DNA of 64,000 nucleotides from an uncultured Clostridia bacterium (GTDB lineage Bacteria > Bacillota > Clostridia > Christensenellales > Borkfalkiaceae). Positions 1 to 8,133 of this stretch are shown in pieces. Below the pieces are notes generated by a model. It was not told the DNA's origin, made no database searches, and saw only the letters and a list, made by a program, of their open reading frames with translations. Location: assembly GCA_944338165.1 (NCBI GenBank), contig CALVLN010000006.1, forward strand, positions 11,446 through 75,445, read 5' to 3'. Every line of letters starts with the position of its first letter. Within the stretch, counting starts at the first letter, position 1. The translations under genes were made by a program, and so were the position numbers.

Positions 1-1370
1 TTTTTCTTCCGATCCGTCGGTTTTCTTCCGGGAACCGTGCGCGTATGCCGCTGACGGATCTCCTCCTCTTCCTTTTTCCGGAAGATCCTGCCGATCACAA
101 AGTTGCTCCCCAACGTCACCAGGATGCTGATCACGCTGCTCATCAGCATATAGAGGGAGAACGCCGCGCTGTACATAAAGGCGAAGATGGCGTAAATGAT
201 GGGCATGATGACCATCATCATCTTCTGCTGCTTTGCGCCGGAACCGTCTACCGTCTGGAATTGGCTGCTCTCCTTGCTGCTCCTCATGGCGACGAACTGG
301 GAGAGCACGATCAGCCCGATGGAAAGGATGATCAGGACGAAATACCCGTTTGGTTCTTCCTTTTCGCTGTCGAGCTGAGACGTGATGTTTTCATACAGCG
401 CCTCGTCGATGACTTCGGAAAGGGGTGCGCGCGTGCCGTCCTGCAAGATAAGTTCGGCGCGGATGGAATTGACAAATTCCTGATACTCCTGGATGGGGTG
501 CGCATACGAAACGTCCGGATACCAGATGTTCTTGATCCAGAGGAAGGAGGGGGGATCGTCGCGGTAGCTCTGTGCCGCGGCTTTCGCGCCGATCCGGTTG
601 AGGTAGGCGTAACAGCCGTCTTCCTTCGTGTAAGACGCGTCGTTCTGCCGTTCTTCCTCGACGAGCGCGGCGATCTCGCCGCTGTCTCCCCCGAAATACG
701 CATACATCTTGTCGACGTCGATCTTATAGGAATACCGCTTGGTTTGTTCGCCGTTTGCATCCTTTTCGTCGGCGTTGTATTCAAAATAGACGAATTTATC
801 TGCCTGCGCGCTCTTGACGATGATAAACGTCCCTTCGGCACGCTCCTCCGTGGTGATCTCGTCTGCCGCCGCCTCTTCTTCGGAAACGGAATACTGCCGC
901 ACCGCCGCATTGTAAGATGCGGTCATGCGCTCGTACATGGCAAGATTCGCATATTGGGAGAACTCGTTGAGCGACTGGAAGGCAATGATGAGGATGACCA
1001 GGGAAATGATCATGGGCAGACATGCCCCGAACATGTTGTACCCGTTCTTTTTATACAGCTCCATCATCTTGGCGCTGTAGGTATTCCTGTCGTTCGCGTA
1101 CTGTTTCTGCAGTTTTTCAAGTTCCGGCGCCATCCGCCGCATGATGAGCGTCTGTTTTCGCATGGTAACGCGCTGATAGACGTCAAACGGCAGCGTGATC
1201 GCCTTGAGGATCAGCGTAAAGAGGATGATGCCGACGCCGGTGATGCCGACCCCTTCGATGAGGGCCCGGATGAGTTCGGTGAGCCATTGAAACCAGCCGC
1301 CCGCGATGGTGAACCCTTCCTGAAGGAGCGGGAAACTGACGTCGGCCAAAAGGATAGATAAAGTCTGCAT
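1..1370 (-). CDS. yidC: YidC/Oxa1-family membrane protein insertase (partial; 3' end runs off the window start)
   Basis: Absent from the ORF track because it is open-ended. My translation from the ATG at 1370 reads MQTLSILLADVSFPLLQEGFTIAGGWFQW...GIILFTLILKAITLPFDVYQRVTMRKQTLIMRRMAPELEKLQKQYANDRNTYSAKMMELYKKNGYNMFGACLPMII, a YidC core. Synteny rpmH-rnpA-yidD-yidC. Confidence 0.85.
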   Translation of the reverse strand, partial: MQTLSILLADVSFPLLQEGFTIAGGWFQWLTELIRALIEGVGITGVGIILFTLILKAITLPFDVYQRVTMRKQTLIMRRMAPELEKLQKQYANDRNTYSAKMMELYKKNGYNMFGACLPMIISLVILIIAFQSLNEFSQYANLAMYERMTASYNAAVRQYSVSEEEAAADEITTEERAEGTFIIVKSAQADKFVYFEYNADEKDANGEQTKRYSYKIDVDKMYAYFGGDSGEIAALVEEERQNDASYTKEDGCYAYLNRIGAKAAAQSYRDDPPSFLWIKNIWYPDVSYAHPIQEYQEFVNSIRAELILQDGTRAPLSEVIDEALYENITSQLDSEKEEPNGYFVLIILSIGLIVLSQFVAMRSSKESSQFQTVDGSGAKQQKMMMVIMPIIYAIFAFMYSAAFSLYMLMSSVISILVTLGSNFVIGRIFRKKEEEEIRQRHTRTVPGRKPTDRKK

Positions 1371-1386
1371 AAAACCGTTCTCTGCG

Positions 1387-1632
1387 TCAGATGACCCATC
1401 TGACCTTAAAATAATTTTCAGGCGCGGGATCGTAACCGCCCTTGGAAAGGGGATTGCAGCGCAAAATACGCCACAGGCCGAGCGCGATGCCGAGCACGCA
1501 TCCCAGATTGTTGATGCAGCGCTTGGTATATTCCGAACACGTCGGCGTATACAGGCAGGTATGGCGGGAAAGACGCCTCTGATACCAGCGGATCAGGCGG
1601 ATGAAAAACGCGCGGAAATACGGTTTAAACAC
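1387..1632 (-). CDS. yidD: membrane protein insertion efficiency factor YidD
   Basis: The C-terminal 81 aa of track ORF 1387..1740 carry the YidD signature ([16 protein letters not shown]...[13 protein letters not shown]). The in-frame GTG at 1632 overlaps the rnpA stop. The longer ORF would overlap rnpA by more than 100 nt. Confidence 0.8.
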   Translation of the reverse strand: MFKPYFRAFFIRLIRWYQRRLSRHTCLYTPTCSEYTKRCINNLGCVLGIALGLWRILRCNPLSKGGYDPAPENYFKVRWVI

Positions 1633-1999
1633 CGTCCTGCGCAGCAGGCGGATGTTTTTCGCCGCGATCGCCTTCAGCGACGGGAACAAACAGCTTTTCC
1701 CGGCGCAGGATGCGTTCCATGTCCCGCTTGAATCCCGCATAGGAATACGTCTCCGCCAATTTCGGAATGAGAAGAAACGAATAGCATCCGACCGCAGACT
1801 GCGCCCGGAATGCTTCCCGTAATAACCTCTTGATGCGGTTTCTCTGTACGCTTTTTCCGTATTTTTTCCCCACGCACACCGCCATTTTCAGGCTGCGGGA
1901 AGGGAGATAGACGATGGTCAGGCTACCCGCGTATACGCGCTTGCCCGTCTTCATGATCTTCCCGAATTCCTTCCGCTTTTTCAGCCGCAGATACTTCAT
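1625..1999 (-). CDS. rnpA: ribonuclease P protein component
   Basis: 124 aa, basic. [31 protein letters not shown]...[23 protein letters not shown] matches the RnpA pattern. Lies directly downstream of rpmH. Confidence 0.9.
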   Translation of the reverse strand: MKYLRLKKRKEFGKIMKTGKRVYAGSLTIVYLPSRSLKMAVCVGKKYGKSVQRNRIKRLLREAFRAQSAVGCYSFLLIPKLAETYSYAGFKRDMERILRREKLFVPVAEGDRGEKHPPAAQDGV

Positions 2000-2008
2000 G
2001 CCGGGTGG

Positions 2009-2143
2009 TTATGCGGAGATGTGCTTTCTGCCCTTGTTTCTTCTTCTCTTGAGTACGTTTCTGCCGCCCTTCGTCTTCATTCTCTGGCGGAAGCCGTGCA
2101 CTTTGCTTCTCTGTCTCTTCTTGGGCTGATACGTTCTTTTCAT
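2009..2143 (-). CDS. rpmH: 50S ribosomal protein L34
   Basis: Below the track size cutoff. My translation is [44 protein letters not shown] (44 aa), a canonical L34. AGGAG lies upstream. Confidence 0.95.
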   Translation of the reverse strand: MKRTYQPKKRQRSKVHGFRQRMKTKGGRNVLKRRRNKGRKHISA

Positions 2144-2176
2144 ATGATACTCCTGATTTTTTCTCTTTTTTGTTTG

Positions 2177-2205
2177 ATTATAAAGAATTTCCCCGCTTCC
2201 GTCAA
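2177..2205 (-). promoter_or_regulatory. sigma-A-type promoter for rpmH-rnpA-yidD-yidC
   Basis: On the minus strand: TTGACG (2205-2200), 17 nt, TATAAT (2182-2177), in the 66-nt dnaN-rpmH gap. Confidence 0.6.
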
Positions 2206-2209
2206 GCGA

Positions 2210-3307
2210 TTATGCGGCGTTTCTCACGGGTAAAATCAAATAAAGGCTGTCTTTTTCCTGCCCGTCCTGCAGGATAAACGGGGAATATGCGCCGTTGAAA
2301 CTCATGACGACGGTCTCCTCATGCAGGGCGCGCAGCGCGTCGAGGAGGTATTTTGCGTTCATGGAGACGACGAGTTCTTTCCCCTCGATCTCCGCCGAAA
2401 CGCTCTCGGATACGTTTCCGTATTCGGAAGCGGAAGAGATATTTACGGCTCCGCTGCGGATATCCAGCGTAACGAGGTTGTTTTTGTCGCCGCGGATGAG
2501 GATGGCGGCGCGCTCCGCGCTCAAAATGAGTTCCTCGCGGGAAAGCGTCACGGTCGTCAGAAATTCGGCGGGCAGGACGCTCTCTTTGCGGATGAATTCC
2601 CCCTGATAGAGGCGGGAAACGATGACGAGCGTATCAAACTTCACCATGAGCATGCCCCCCTGCGTATACAGGGTGATCTCTTCTTCATCGGAAGAAAGCA
2701 TGCGTGAAATTTCCTGCAGCGTGCGCGCGGGGCAGATGATGGAAAGTTCCCCCGTCTTGGCGGCGATCGCCGCCGTGGAGAGTGCCAGGCGGTACCCGTC
2801 GAGCGCCGTGATCTCCAGCTTGTCCTTAAATTCAAGAAGGCATCCCTTCAGCACGGGGCGGGAATCATCCGCCGCACAGCAGAACGTCGTCTCCGCAATG
2901 ATCTTTTTTAAGTCTCCCTGCTTCATGACGAAGGAATTTTCCCCGATCTCAAAATTGATCTTGGGAAATTCAGAAGCGGGATTGACCTGCAGAAAGGATA
3001 CCGAATCTCCGTAACGGATCTCCATGCCGCGGTCGCCCGTCGACAGACATACCTCTTCTCCCGAAAGTTTGCCGATGAAGTCATTGAACAGTTTTCCGGG
3101 AACACACGCTTCCCCTTCTTCCATGACTTCCGCCTTGATCGTCTTCCGGATAGAGATCTCCCCGTCGGACGCGAGAAAAACGACTTCGTCATTCTGCGCC
3201 TCGATCTTGATGCATTCCAGAATGGGCGCCGTCGTCCGCACCGCGCACGCTTTGCTTACCTTTGTCACCGCTTCGCCGAGGGTAACGCCGTCACAGATGA
3301 TTCTCAT
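2210..3307 (-). CDS. dnaN: DNA polymerase III beta subunit (sliding clamp)
   Basis: MRIICDGVTLGEAVTKVSKACAVRTTAPILECIKIEAQNDEVVFLASDGEISIRK... is typical DnaN, about 365 aa. The ATG at 3307 is preceded by AAGGAGG. The track start at 3364 lacks an RBS. Confidence 0.92.
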   Translation of the reverse strand: MRIICDGVTLGEAVTKVSKACAVRTTAPILECIKIEAQNDEVVFLASDGEISIRKTIKAEVMEEGEACVPGKLFNDFIGKLSGEEVCLSTGDRGMEIRYGDSVSFLQVNPASEFPKINFEIGENSFVMKQGDLKKIIAETTFCCAADDSRPVLKGCLLEFKDKLEITALDGYRLALSTAAIAAKTGELSIICPARTLQEISRMLSSDEEEITLYTQGGMLMVKFDTLVIVSRLYQGEFIRKESVLPAEFLTTVTLSREELILSAERAAILIRGDKNNLVTLDIRSGAVNISSASEYGNVSESVSAEIEGKELVVSMNAKYLLDALRALHEETVVMSFNGAYSPFILQDGQEKDSLYLILPVRNAA

Positions 3308-3366
3308 TGGGATCCTCCTTATGCGCCGCAGACGCTCCCCGTCCGCAGCAGATAAACACAACATCT

Positions 3367-3395
3367 ATTATAACCAAATCCGCCCGAAAATTCAA
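3367..3395 (-). promoter_or_regulatory. sigma-A-type promoter for dnaN
   Basis: On the minus strand: TTGAAT (3395-3390), 17 nt, TATAAT (3372-3367). Confidence 0.55.
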
Positions 3396-3502
3396 GTACT
3401 TTTTTCCCCTTTCCCAAAATATCCCGAAAAATTCACATCCCTTTTGTGCTTCCCGTTTTTTCCGAGAAAGGAGAGGGATAAGATCGTTACAAAACAGAAA
3501 CA

Positions 3503-3520
3503 TAATAATAGTAATAATAA
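3503..3520. repeat. DnaA-trio-like array (TAA TAA TAG TAA TAA TAA)
   Basis: Six consecutive TA(A/G) triplets, which read 3'-(A/G)AT-5' on the complementary strand. They lie 12 nt from the DnaA-box-like 9-mer at 3533-3541. Confidence 0.5.
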
Positions 3521-3796
3521 GAGCTGTCGAAAAGTGGACAACTTTTGATTGAAAGAATAAATAAGAATATATTCATATTTTTTATAGATTTATCGGGAAA
3601 TATCAAAGAAATAATAAAAAAATTCATTTTTAAAGAGGTGGAAAGATTGTGGATAACGAAAGGGGATGTCCACATCGTCAACAGCCTGTCCGGAATGGGA
3701 AGGAAGAGAAGGGAAAAGATCGGGAGAAGCGGAGAAACAAAAAGAAAAAAGTTGTCCACAGTGTGGAAAAAGTGGGAACAGGTTGTCCACAGGAAG

Positions 3797-3825
3797 TTGA
3801 TAACTTTTGGCGAATATGATATAAT
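3797..3825 (+). promoter_or_regulatory. sigma-A promoter with extended -10 for rsmG
   Basis: TTGATA (3797-3802), 17 nt, TGaTATAAT (3817-3825). The ATG at 3833 follows after only 7 nt. Confidence 0.6.
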
Positions 3826-3832
3826 ACCGGAT

Positions 3833-4531
3833 ATGGAAGTGACGGCAGAAAAAATCAGGGAATATGCGGAGAAAATTGCAGGAGAATACGGGGAAACGTT
3901 CGGAAACTTCCGCGATCTACTGCTCAAATACAACCAAAACTACAATCTGACGGCGATCACGGAAGAAAAAGAGGTGTTTTATAAGCATTTTCTGGATTCC
4001 GTTGCGGGGGAATCGCTGTTTCCGCACGGCAGCCGCGTCGTGGAAGTGGGGTCCGGCGCGGGGTTTCCTTCCCTTCCTTTGAAGATCGTCCGCAGCGATC
4101 TCAGCTTTACATTGGTGGAAAGCACGCGGAAAAAATGTGATTTTTTGCGCGCGGCTGTGGATAACCTCGGGCTTTCCGGCGTGGAAGTGCTTTGCATGCG
4201 GGCAGAGGATGCGGGAAAAGACCGGCTGTGGAGAGAATCGTTTGACGTTTGCTGTGCGCGCGCGGTGGCGCGGACGAACACGCTGGCGGAATATTGCCTT
4301 CCCCTCGTGCGGGTGGGAGGAAGATGGATCGCCTACAAAGGACACGCGGAAGAGGAAGCGGAAGAAGCGGCGCGGGCCGTCCGTCTGCTCGGCGGCAGCG
4401 GATTGAAACGCGTGGAGTATGAGCTTCCGGAAGGGTACGGGCAGAGAACGCTTTTGTTTTGTGAAAAATCCCGTCCGACGCCGGCTGCGTATCCGCGCGG
4501 CAACGGCAGGGAACGGAGGACACCGCTGTGA
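3833..4531 (+). CDS. rsmG: 16S rRNA (guanine527-N7)-methyltransferase RsmG/GidB
   Basis: NLTAITEEKEVFYKHFLDSV...VVEVGSGAGFPSLPLKIV...FTLVESTRKKCDFL...RAVA is the RsmG SAM-MTase pattern. The ATG at 3833 was chosen over the TTG at 3545, which lies in AT-rich origin DNA. Confidence 0.9.
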   Translation: MEVTAEKIREYAEKIAGEYGETFGNFRDLLLKYNQNYNLTAITEEKEVFYKHFLDSVAGESLFPHGSRVVEVGSGAGFPSLPLKIVRSDLSFTLVESTRKKCDFLRAAVDNLGLSGVEVLCMRAEDAGKDRLWRESFDVCCARAVARTNTLAEYCLPLVRVGGRWIAYKGHAEEEAEEAARAVRLLGGSGLKRVEYELPEGYGQRTLLFCEKSRPTPAAYPRGNGRERRTPL

Positions 4532-4986
4532 CGAGGCCGCTCGTCTGCGCGCTGTCCGGACACAGGACGCTCCTGCCCGACTTCGACCGCAATGCGCTGC
4601 ACGATGCGATCGAGTCTCTCATCCGCGAAGGATGCGATTATTTTCTTTGCGGGATGGCGCAGGGGTTCGATCTGCTCGCGCTCGAAGAGATCGCCGCGTT
4701 CCGCCGTCGGTATCCGCACGTACAGATCGAGGCGTGCATTCCGTTTCCCGGGCATGAGGAGCGGCTTGCGCCCGCTTTGCGCAGGCAGTACGAACAGCTT
4801 CTTTCCCTGTGCGACCGCAAGACGGTGGTGTGCGATCATTATTTTGCGGGATGTTTTCTCAAACGCGACGCCTATATGGCGGATTGCGCCGACGTTCTGC
4901 TCTGCTATCTGCGCGAAGAGCAGTCCGGAACGGGGTATACGGTCCGCTATGCCGAAAAGCGGGGCATTCGCATCATACGCTTGTGA
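4528..4986 (+). CDS. SLOG-fold DUF1273/YpsA-like protein
   Basis: 152 aa. The layout ALSGHR...EGCDYFLCGMAQGFDLLALE...IEACIPFPG...ADVLLCY...SGTGYTVRYA resembles the YpsA/DUF1273 family. The GTG start overlaps the rsmG stop (GTGA). Confidence 0.7.
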   Translation: MTRPLVCALSGHRTLLPDFDRNALHDAIESLIREGCDYFLCGMAQGFDLLALEEIAAFRRRYPHVQIEACIPFPGHEERLAPALRRQYEQLLSLCDRKTVVCDHYFAGCFLKRDAYMADCADVLLCYLREEQSGTGYTVRYAEKRGIRIIRL

Positions 4987-5015
4987 AAAGAAGGGGAAAC
5001 CCTTCTTTTTTTTTT
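4986..5015 (+). terminator. intrinsic terminator
   Basis: GAAGGG-GAAA-CCCTTC stem-loop followed by a T10 run. Confidence 0.8.
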
Positions 5016-5081
5016 GGAAAAAGCGCGCAATTCGGCAAAATTCGACACACGTTGCGCCGCCGGCCGTGATATAATACGGAT

Positions 5082-6077
5082 ATGGCATACGAAAAAAAAC
5101 TTTGCGTTCTCAAACAAAAGAAGCGCGGCTTTTCCGCGGACGGGGGAGACCTTACGGGCGCGGTGTATCTCGAACGGATGGGGGATACGCTCACCGTCAC
5201 GCCGCGGCTGCTCGGCATTGCGCCCGTAAAGGAAGGGCGGTACGCGCTTGCCGTACGCGTGCGCGATCGGGCGTACGTGTTTGACGTAAGCGAAGATCCG
5301 CCTTATATCGGGCAGGCATGTCCGGAATTGAGCGGGGGATTTGCCGTCCTGCTCTGTTTCGTGCGCGGAGAGGCGACGCCGATCGCCTACGGCGCCTGCG
5401 GCAGGGCGGCGTCGGAGGAGGAGATGCTCGCCCTTTTTTCTGCGCCGCCGGAAAAAAAGAAGCGCGCGGCGAAAGCACAAGGGACACCCGTGTCCGAGGA
5501 AAGCGCCGCAGGAAGCGGACCTTCCGAAAAAAAGGAGGCTCCATGTCCGGAAGAAACGCAGGAAACGGGGGAGCAGGTACGGGATTACCGGGATGACGTC
5601 ATTGCCGAGGAGAATTATTATGAACGGGACATGCCTGGGGCGGGCGCTGAAGATGCAGCAGCTTCTGCTGGAAGCGAAAAAAAAGAGAAGGCGGACGCGG
5701 GCGGGCGCGGCGCTGGCGCGGATGCGGGCGACGGCGTCGTTCAGCCGTTCCTCTTTGCGCGCGCGCCGGAATATTACATGGAGATAAGGGGAAAGATCGA
5801 GGAGATCGCGGCAAACTTCCCGCAGGATACGCGCCTGCGCGCCGTCTTTCCGCAATCGGACTGGTGGGACCGCGGCGATTCCCTCTTCGGCGTCGTCTAT
5901 GAAAGCGGGCTGCCCAAGTACCTCTGTATCGCAGTGCGGGCGGAGGGCGAGGCGCCGGAGCCGCTGCGCGGCAAATGCACCTTCGTGCCCGCATCCCCGT
6001 TTACGGAAGAGGAGGGATGGTACGTCGCCTTTCAGAGTGCGGAGACGGGAGAGGAGATCATCCTCCCCAAGGCATAA
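5082..6077 (+). CDS. hypothetical protein (two globular ends joined by a charged low-complexity linker)
   Basis: 331-aa ORF in the leading-strand direction. The antisense ORFs are Arg-rich shadows. I recognise no family. Confidence 0.55.
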   Translation: MAYEKKLCVLKQKKRGFSADGGDLTGAVYLERMGDTLTVTPRLLGIAPVKEGRYALAVRVRDRAYVFDVSEDPPYIGQACPELSGGFAVLLCFVRGEATPIAYGACGRAASEEEMLALFSAPPEKKKRAAKAQGTPVSEESAAGSGPSEKKEAPCPEETQETGEQVRDYRDDVIAEENYYERDMPGAGAEDAAASAGSEKKEKADAGGRGAGADAGDGVVQPFLFARAPEYYMEIRGKIEEIAANFPQDTRLRAVFPQSDWWDRGDSLFGVVYESGLPKYLCIAVRAEGEAPEPLRGKCTFVPASPFTEEEGWYVAFQSAETGEEIILPKA

Positions 6078-6107
6078 AAAAACCTGCGGGCAGCCTTGCC
6101 CCGCAGG
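6076..6107 (-). terminator. intrinsic terminator of the PEPCK gene
   Basis: CCTGCGGG/CCCGCAGG stem (6083-6090 and 6100-6107), followed on the minus strand by a U-run (A-run at 6076-6082). Confidence 0.7.
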
Positions 6108-6124
6108 GAATGGATGGGATGACG

Positions 6125-7897
6125 TTATGCGTCGCAGTTTTTCTTGAGGGTCGCGAGGCTCTCTTTGAGTTCTGCGGGCAGCTTGTCGCCGAATTGCTTG
6201 TAGAATTCGCCGATCTCGTCCGCTTCGGCGCTCCAGCGCTTGGTATCCACTTCGAGGATGCGCTCGAGCGTTTCTCTGGAGCAATCCAGCCCTTCGAGGT
6301 CGATGTCCTCGGCGTAAGGCACGTAACCGATGGCGGTCTCTTTTGCGGCGACCTTGCCGTCGCAGCGCTTTAAGATCCAGTCGAGCACGCGCATGTTGTC
6401 GCCGAAGCCCGGCCACAGGAATTCGCCGTTCTCGTCCTGGCGGAACCAGTTGACGTTGAAGATCTTGGGCGGGTTCTTCGCTTTTTTGCCCATCTCGATC
6501 CAATGCGCGAAGTAATCGCCCATATGATACCCGCAGAAGGGCTTCATCGCCATGGGGTCGTGGCGCAGCACGCCGACGGCGCCAGTCGCCGCGGCCGTCG
6601 TCTCCGAAGACATGATGGAGCCGACGAACACGCCGTGGTTCCAGTCACGCGACTGGTAGCAGAGCGGGGTGGTGGTGGCGCGTCTGCCGCCGAAAATGAT
6701 GGCGTCCAGCGGCACGCCCGTCTTGGAGTTGAATTCGGGCGAGAGGCAGGGGCAGTTTTCGGCGGGCGCGGTGAAACGGGAATTGGGGTGCGCCGCCTTC
6801 TTGCCGCAGCCGGGCGTCCAGTCGTTGCCCAGCCAGTCGATGAGTTTTTCGGGCGCCTGTTTGGTCAGCCCTTCCCACCACACGGTGTTGTCCGCAGGGT
6901 CGATCGCGACGTTGGTGAAAATGGTGCCCTTCCGGGTCGCCGCCAAGGCGTTGGGGTTGCTCTTTTCGTTGGTGCCGGGCGCGACGCCGAAGAAGCCGTT
7001 TTCGGGGTTGACCGCCCAGAGCCTGCCGTCCTCGCCGACGCGGATCCAGGCGATGTCGTCGCCGACGCACTCCACCCGATAGCCCATTTCAAGGTAATGT
7101 TTGGGCGGGATGAGCATGGCGAGGTTGGTCTTGCCGCAGGCGGAGGGGAATGCCGCCGCCACGTATTTTTTGCTGCCGTCGGGGTAGGTGACGCCCAAAA
7201 TCAGCATATGCTCCGCCATCCAGCCTTCCGTCTTGCCGAGGTAGGAGGCGATGCGCAGCGCAAAACACTTTTTGCCGAGCAGCACGTTGCCGCCGTATGC
7301 CGAGTTGACGGAAATGATGGTGTCATCCTCGGGGAAGTGCATGATGTAACGCTTTTCGGGGTCGACGTCGCACTTGCAGTGGAATCCCTTGATGAAGTCG
7401 CCGTCTTTGCCCAGCGCTTCATAGCAGTCGAGCCCGACGCGCGTCATGATCGCCATATTGAGGACGACGTAGATGGAATCCGTGACCTCGATCCCGATGC
7501 GCGAGAAGGGAGACCCGACCACGCCCATCGAATAGGGGATGACGTACATCGTGCGGCCCTTCATCTTGCCGCGCGCGATCTCCTTGCACATCGCATACGC
7601 TTCATCCGGGGCCATCCAGTAATTGGTGGGGCCCGCGTCGTCCTTGTTTTTGCAGCAGATAAAGGTGCGCGCTTCCACGCGGGCGACGTCGTTTTCCGCC
7701 GTCCTGTGGTAATAGCAGCCGGGCAATTTCTCCTGGTTGAGCTTGATCATCTCGCCCGTCTTGCAGGCCTCGCGGCGCAGCGATTCCAGCTGTTCCTCGC
7801 TGCCGTCGATCCAGACGATCTGATCGGGTTGGGCGAGGTCTGCGCTTTCCTTGACAAAAGCAAGGACCTTCCGGTTTTCGGTGGGTACGTTTGCCAT
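6125..7897 (-). CDS. pck: phosphoenolpyruvate carboxykinase (GTP)
   Basis: 590 aa with full-length GTP-PEPCK similarity (WIDGSEEQ...YYHRTAENDVARVE..., FPSACGKTNLAML, WEGL...). Confidence 0.93.
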   Translation of the reverse strand: MANVPTENRKVLAFVKESADLAQPDQIVWIDGSEEQLESLRREACKTGEMIKLNQEKLPGCYYHRTAENDVARVEARTFICCKNKDDAGPTNYWMAPDEAYAMCKEIARGKMKGRTMYVIPYSMGVVGSPFSRIGIEVTDSIYVVLNMAIMTRVGLDCYEALGKDGDFIKGFHCKCDVDPEKRYIMHFPEDDTIISVNSAYGGNVLLGKKCFALRIASYLGKTEGWMAEHMLILGVTYPDGSKKYVAAAFPSACGKTNLAMLIPPKHYLEMGYRVECVGDDIAWIRVGEDGRLWAVNPENGFFGVAPGTNEKSNPNALAATRKGTIFTNVAIDPADNTVWWEGLTKQAPEKLIDWLGNDWTPGCGKKAAHPNSRFTAPAENCPCLSPEFNSKTGVPLDAIIFGGRRATTTPLCYQSRDWNHGVFVGSIMSSETTAAATGAVGVLRHDPMAMKPFCGYHMGDYFAHWIEMGKKAKNPPKIFNVNWFRQDENGEFLWPGFGDNMRVLDWILKRCDGKVAAKETAIGYVPYAEDIDLEGLDCSRETLERILEVDTKRWSAEADEIGEFYKQFGDKLPAELKESLATLKKNCDA

Positions 7898-8057
7898 CGT
7901 TTGTTCCTCCGTTCCAAAAAATTTTGTGCGGGGCCGCGCAGATGCGCAGGCCCTGCTTCTCTAACAGTTTTATTATACCACACTTGCGCAGCAATTAGCA
8001 ACGATTTGGCGCGATTTTTCTCCCGCCCGCTTTTTCGGCCGTTTTTTTGTAAGCGGC

Positions 8058-8086
8058 TTGACAAATGCCGCGGGATGTGATATCAT
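8058..8086 (+). promoter_or_regulatory. sigma-A promoter (extended -10)
   Basis: TTGACA (8058-8063), 17 nt, TGaTATCAT (8078-8086). Confidence 0.55.
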
Positions 8087-8133
8087 ACCTGCATATATTC
8101 GTTTCCCGCGCCTGCGGGAGAAAGAGGCAGGAT

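Larger units (their letters stand above)
3400..3832. other. oriC-like region: DnaA-box cluster plus AT-rich tract between dnaN and rsmG
   Basis: Matches to TTATCCACA: 3648-3656 perfect (reverse orientation); 3752-3760 and 3783-3791 TTGTCCACA; 3762-3770 TGTGGAAAA; 3666-3674 and 3533-3541 with 2 mismatches. Strongly AT-rich at about 3495-3640. Gene orientation switches here. Confidence 0.6.

Noticed and set aside
45-1361. 438-aa plus-strand ORF (His/Asp/Leu-rich)
   Set aside because: It is the antisense shadow of yidC. The minus strand translates into a clean YidC sequence, whereas this ORF is low-complexity with no RBS.
3545-3832. N-terminal 96-codon extension of the rsmG ORF (TTG start)
   Set aside because: It lies in AT-rich origin DNA full of DnaA boxes and gives Lys/Ile-rich nonsense. 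RsmG homology begins at the ATG at 3833, which has its own promoter.
4947-6503. 518-aa minus-strand Arg-rich ORF
   Set aside because: Its composition (Arg/Ala/Pro runs) is typical of antisense frames in GC-rich DNA. It spans a terminator and the 3' end of the PEPCK gene.
8045-8063. cre-like sequence TTGTAAGCGGCTTGACA near the gmk-like promoter
   Set aside because: It does not fit the cre consensus (WTGNAANCGNWNNCW) without an insertion, and its overlap with TTGACA explains part of the resemblance.
6503-8080. 525-aa plus-strand ORF
   Set aside because: Antisense shadow of the clearly homologous GTP-PEPCK gene.
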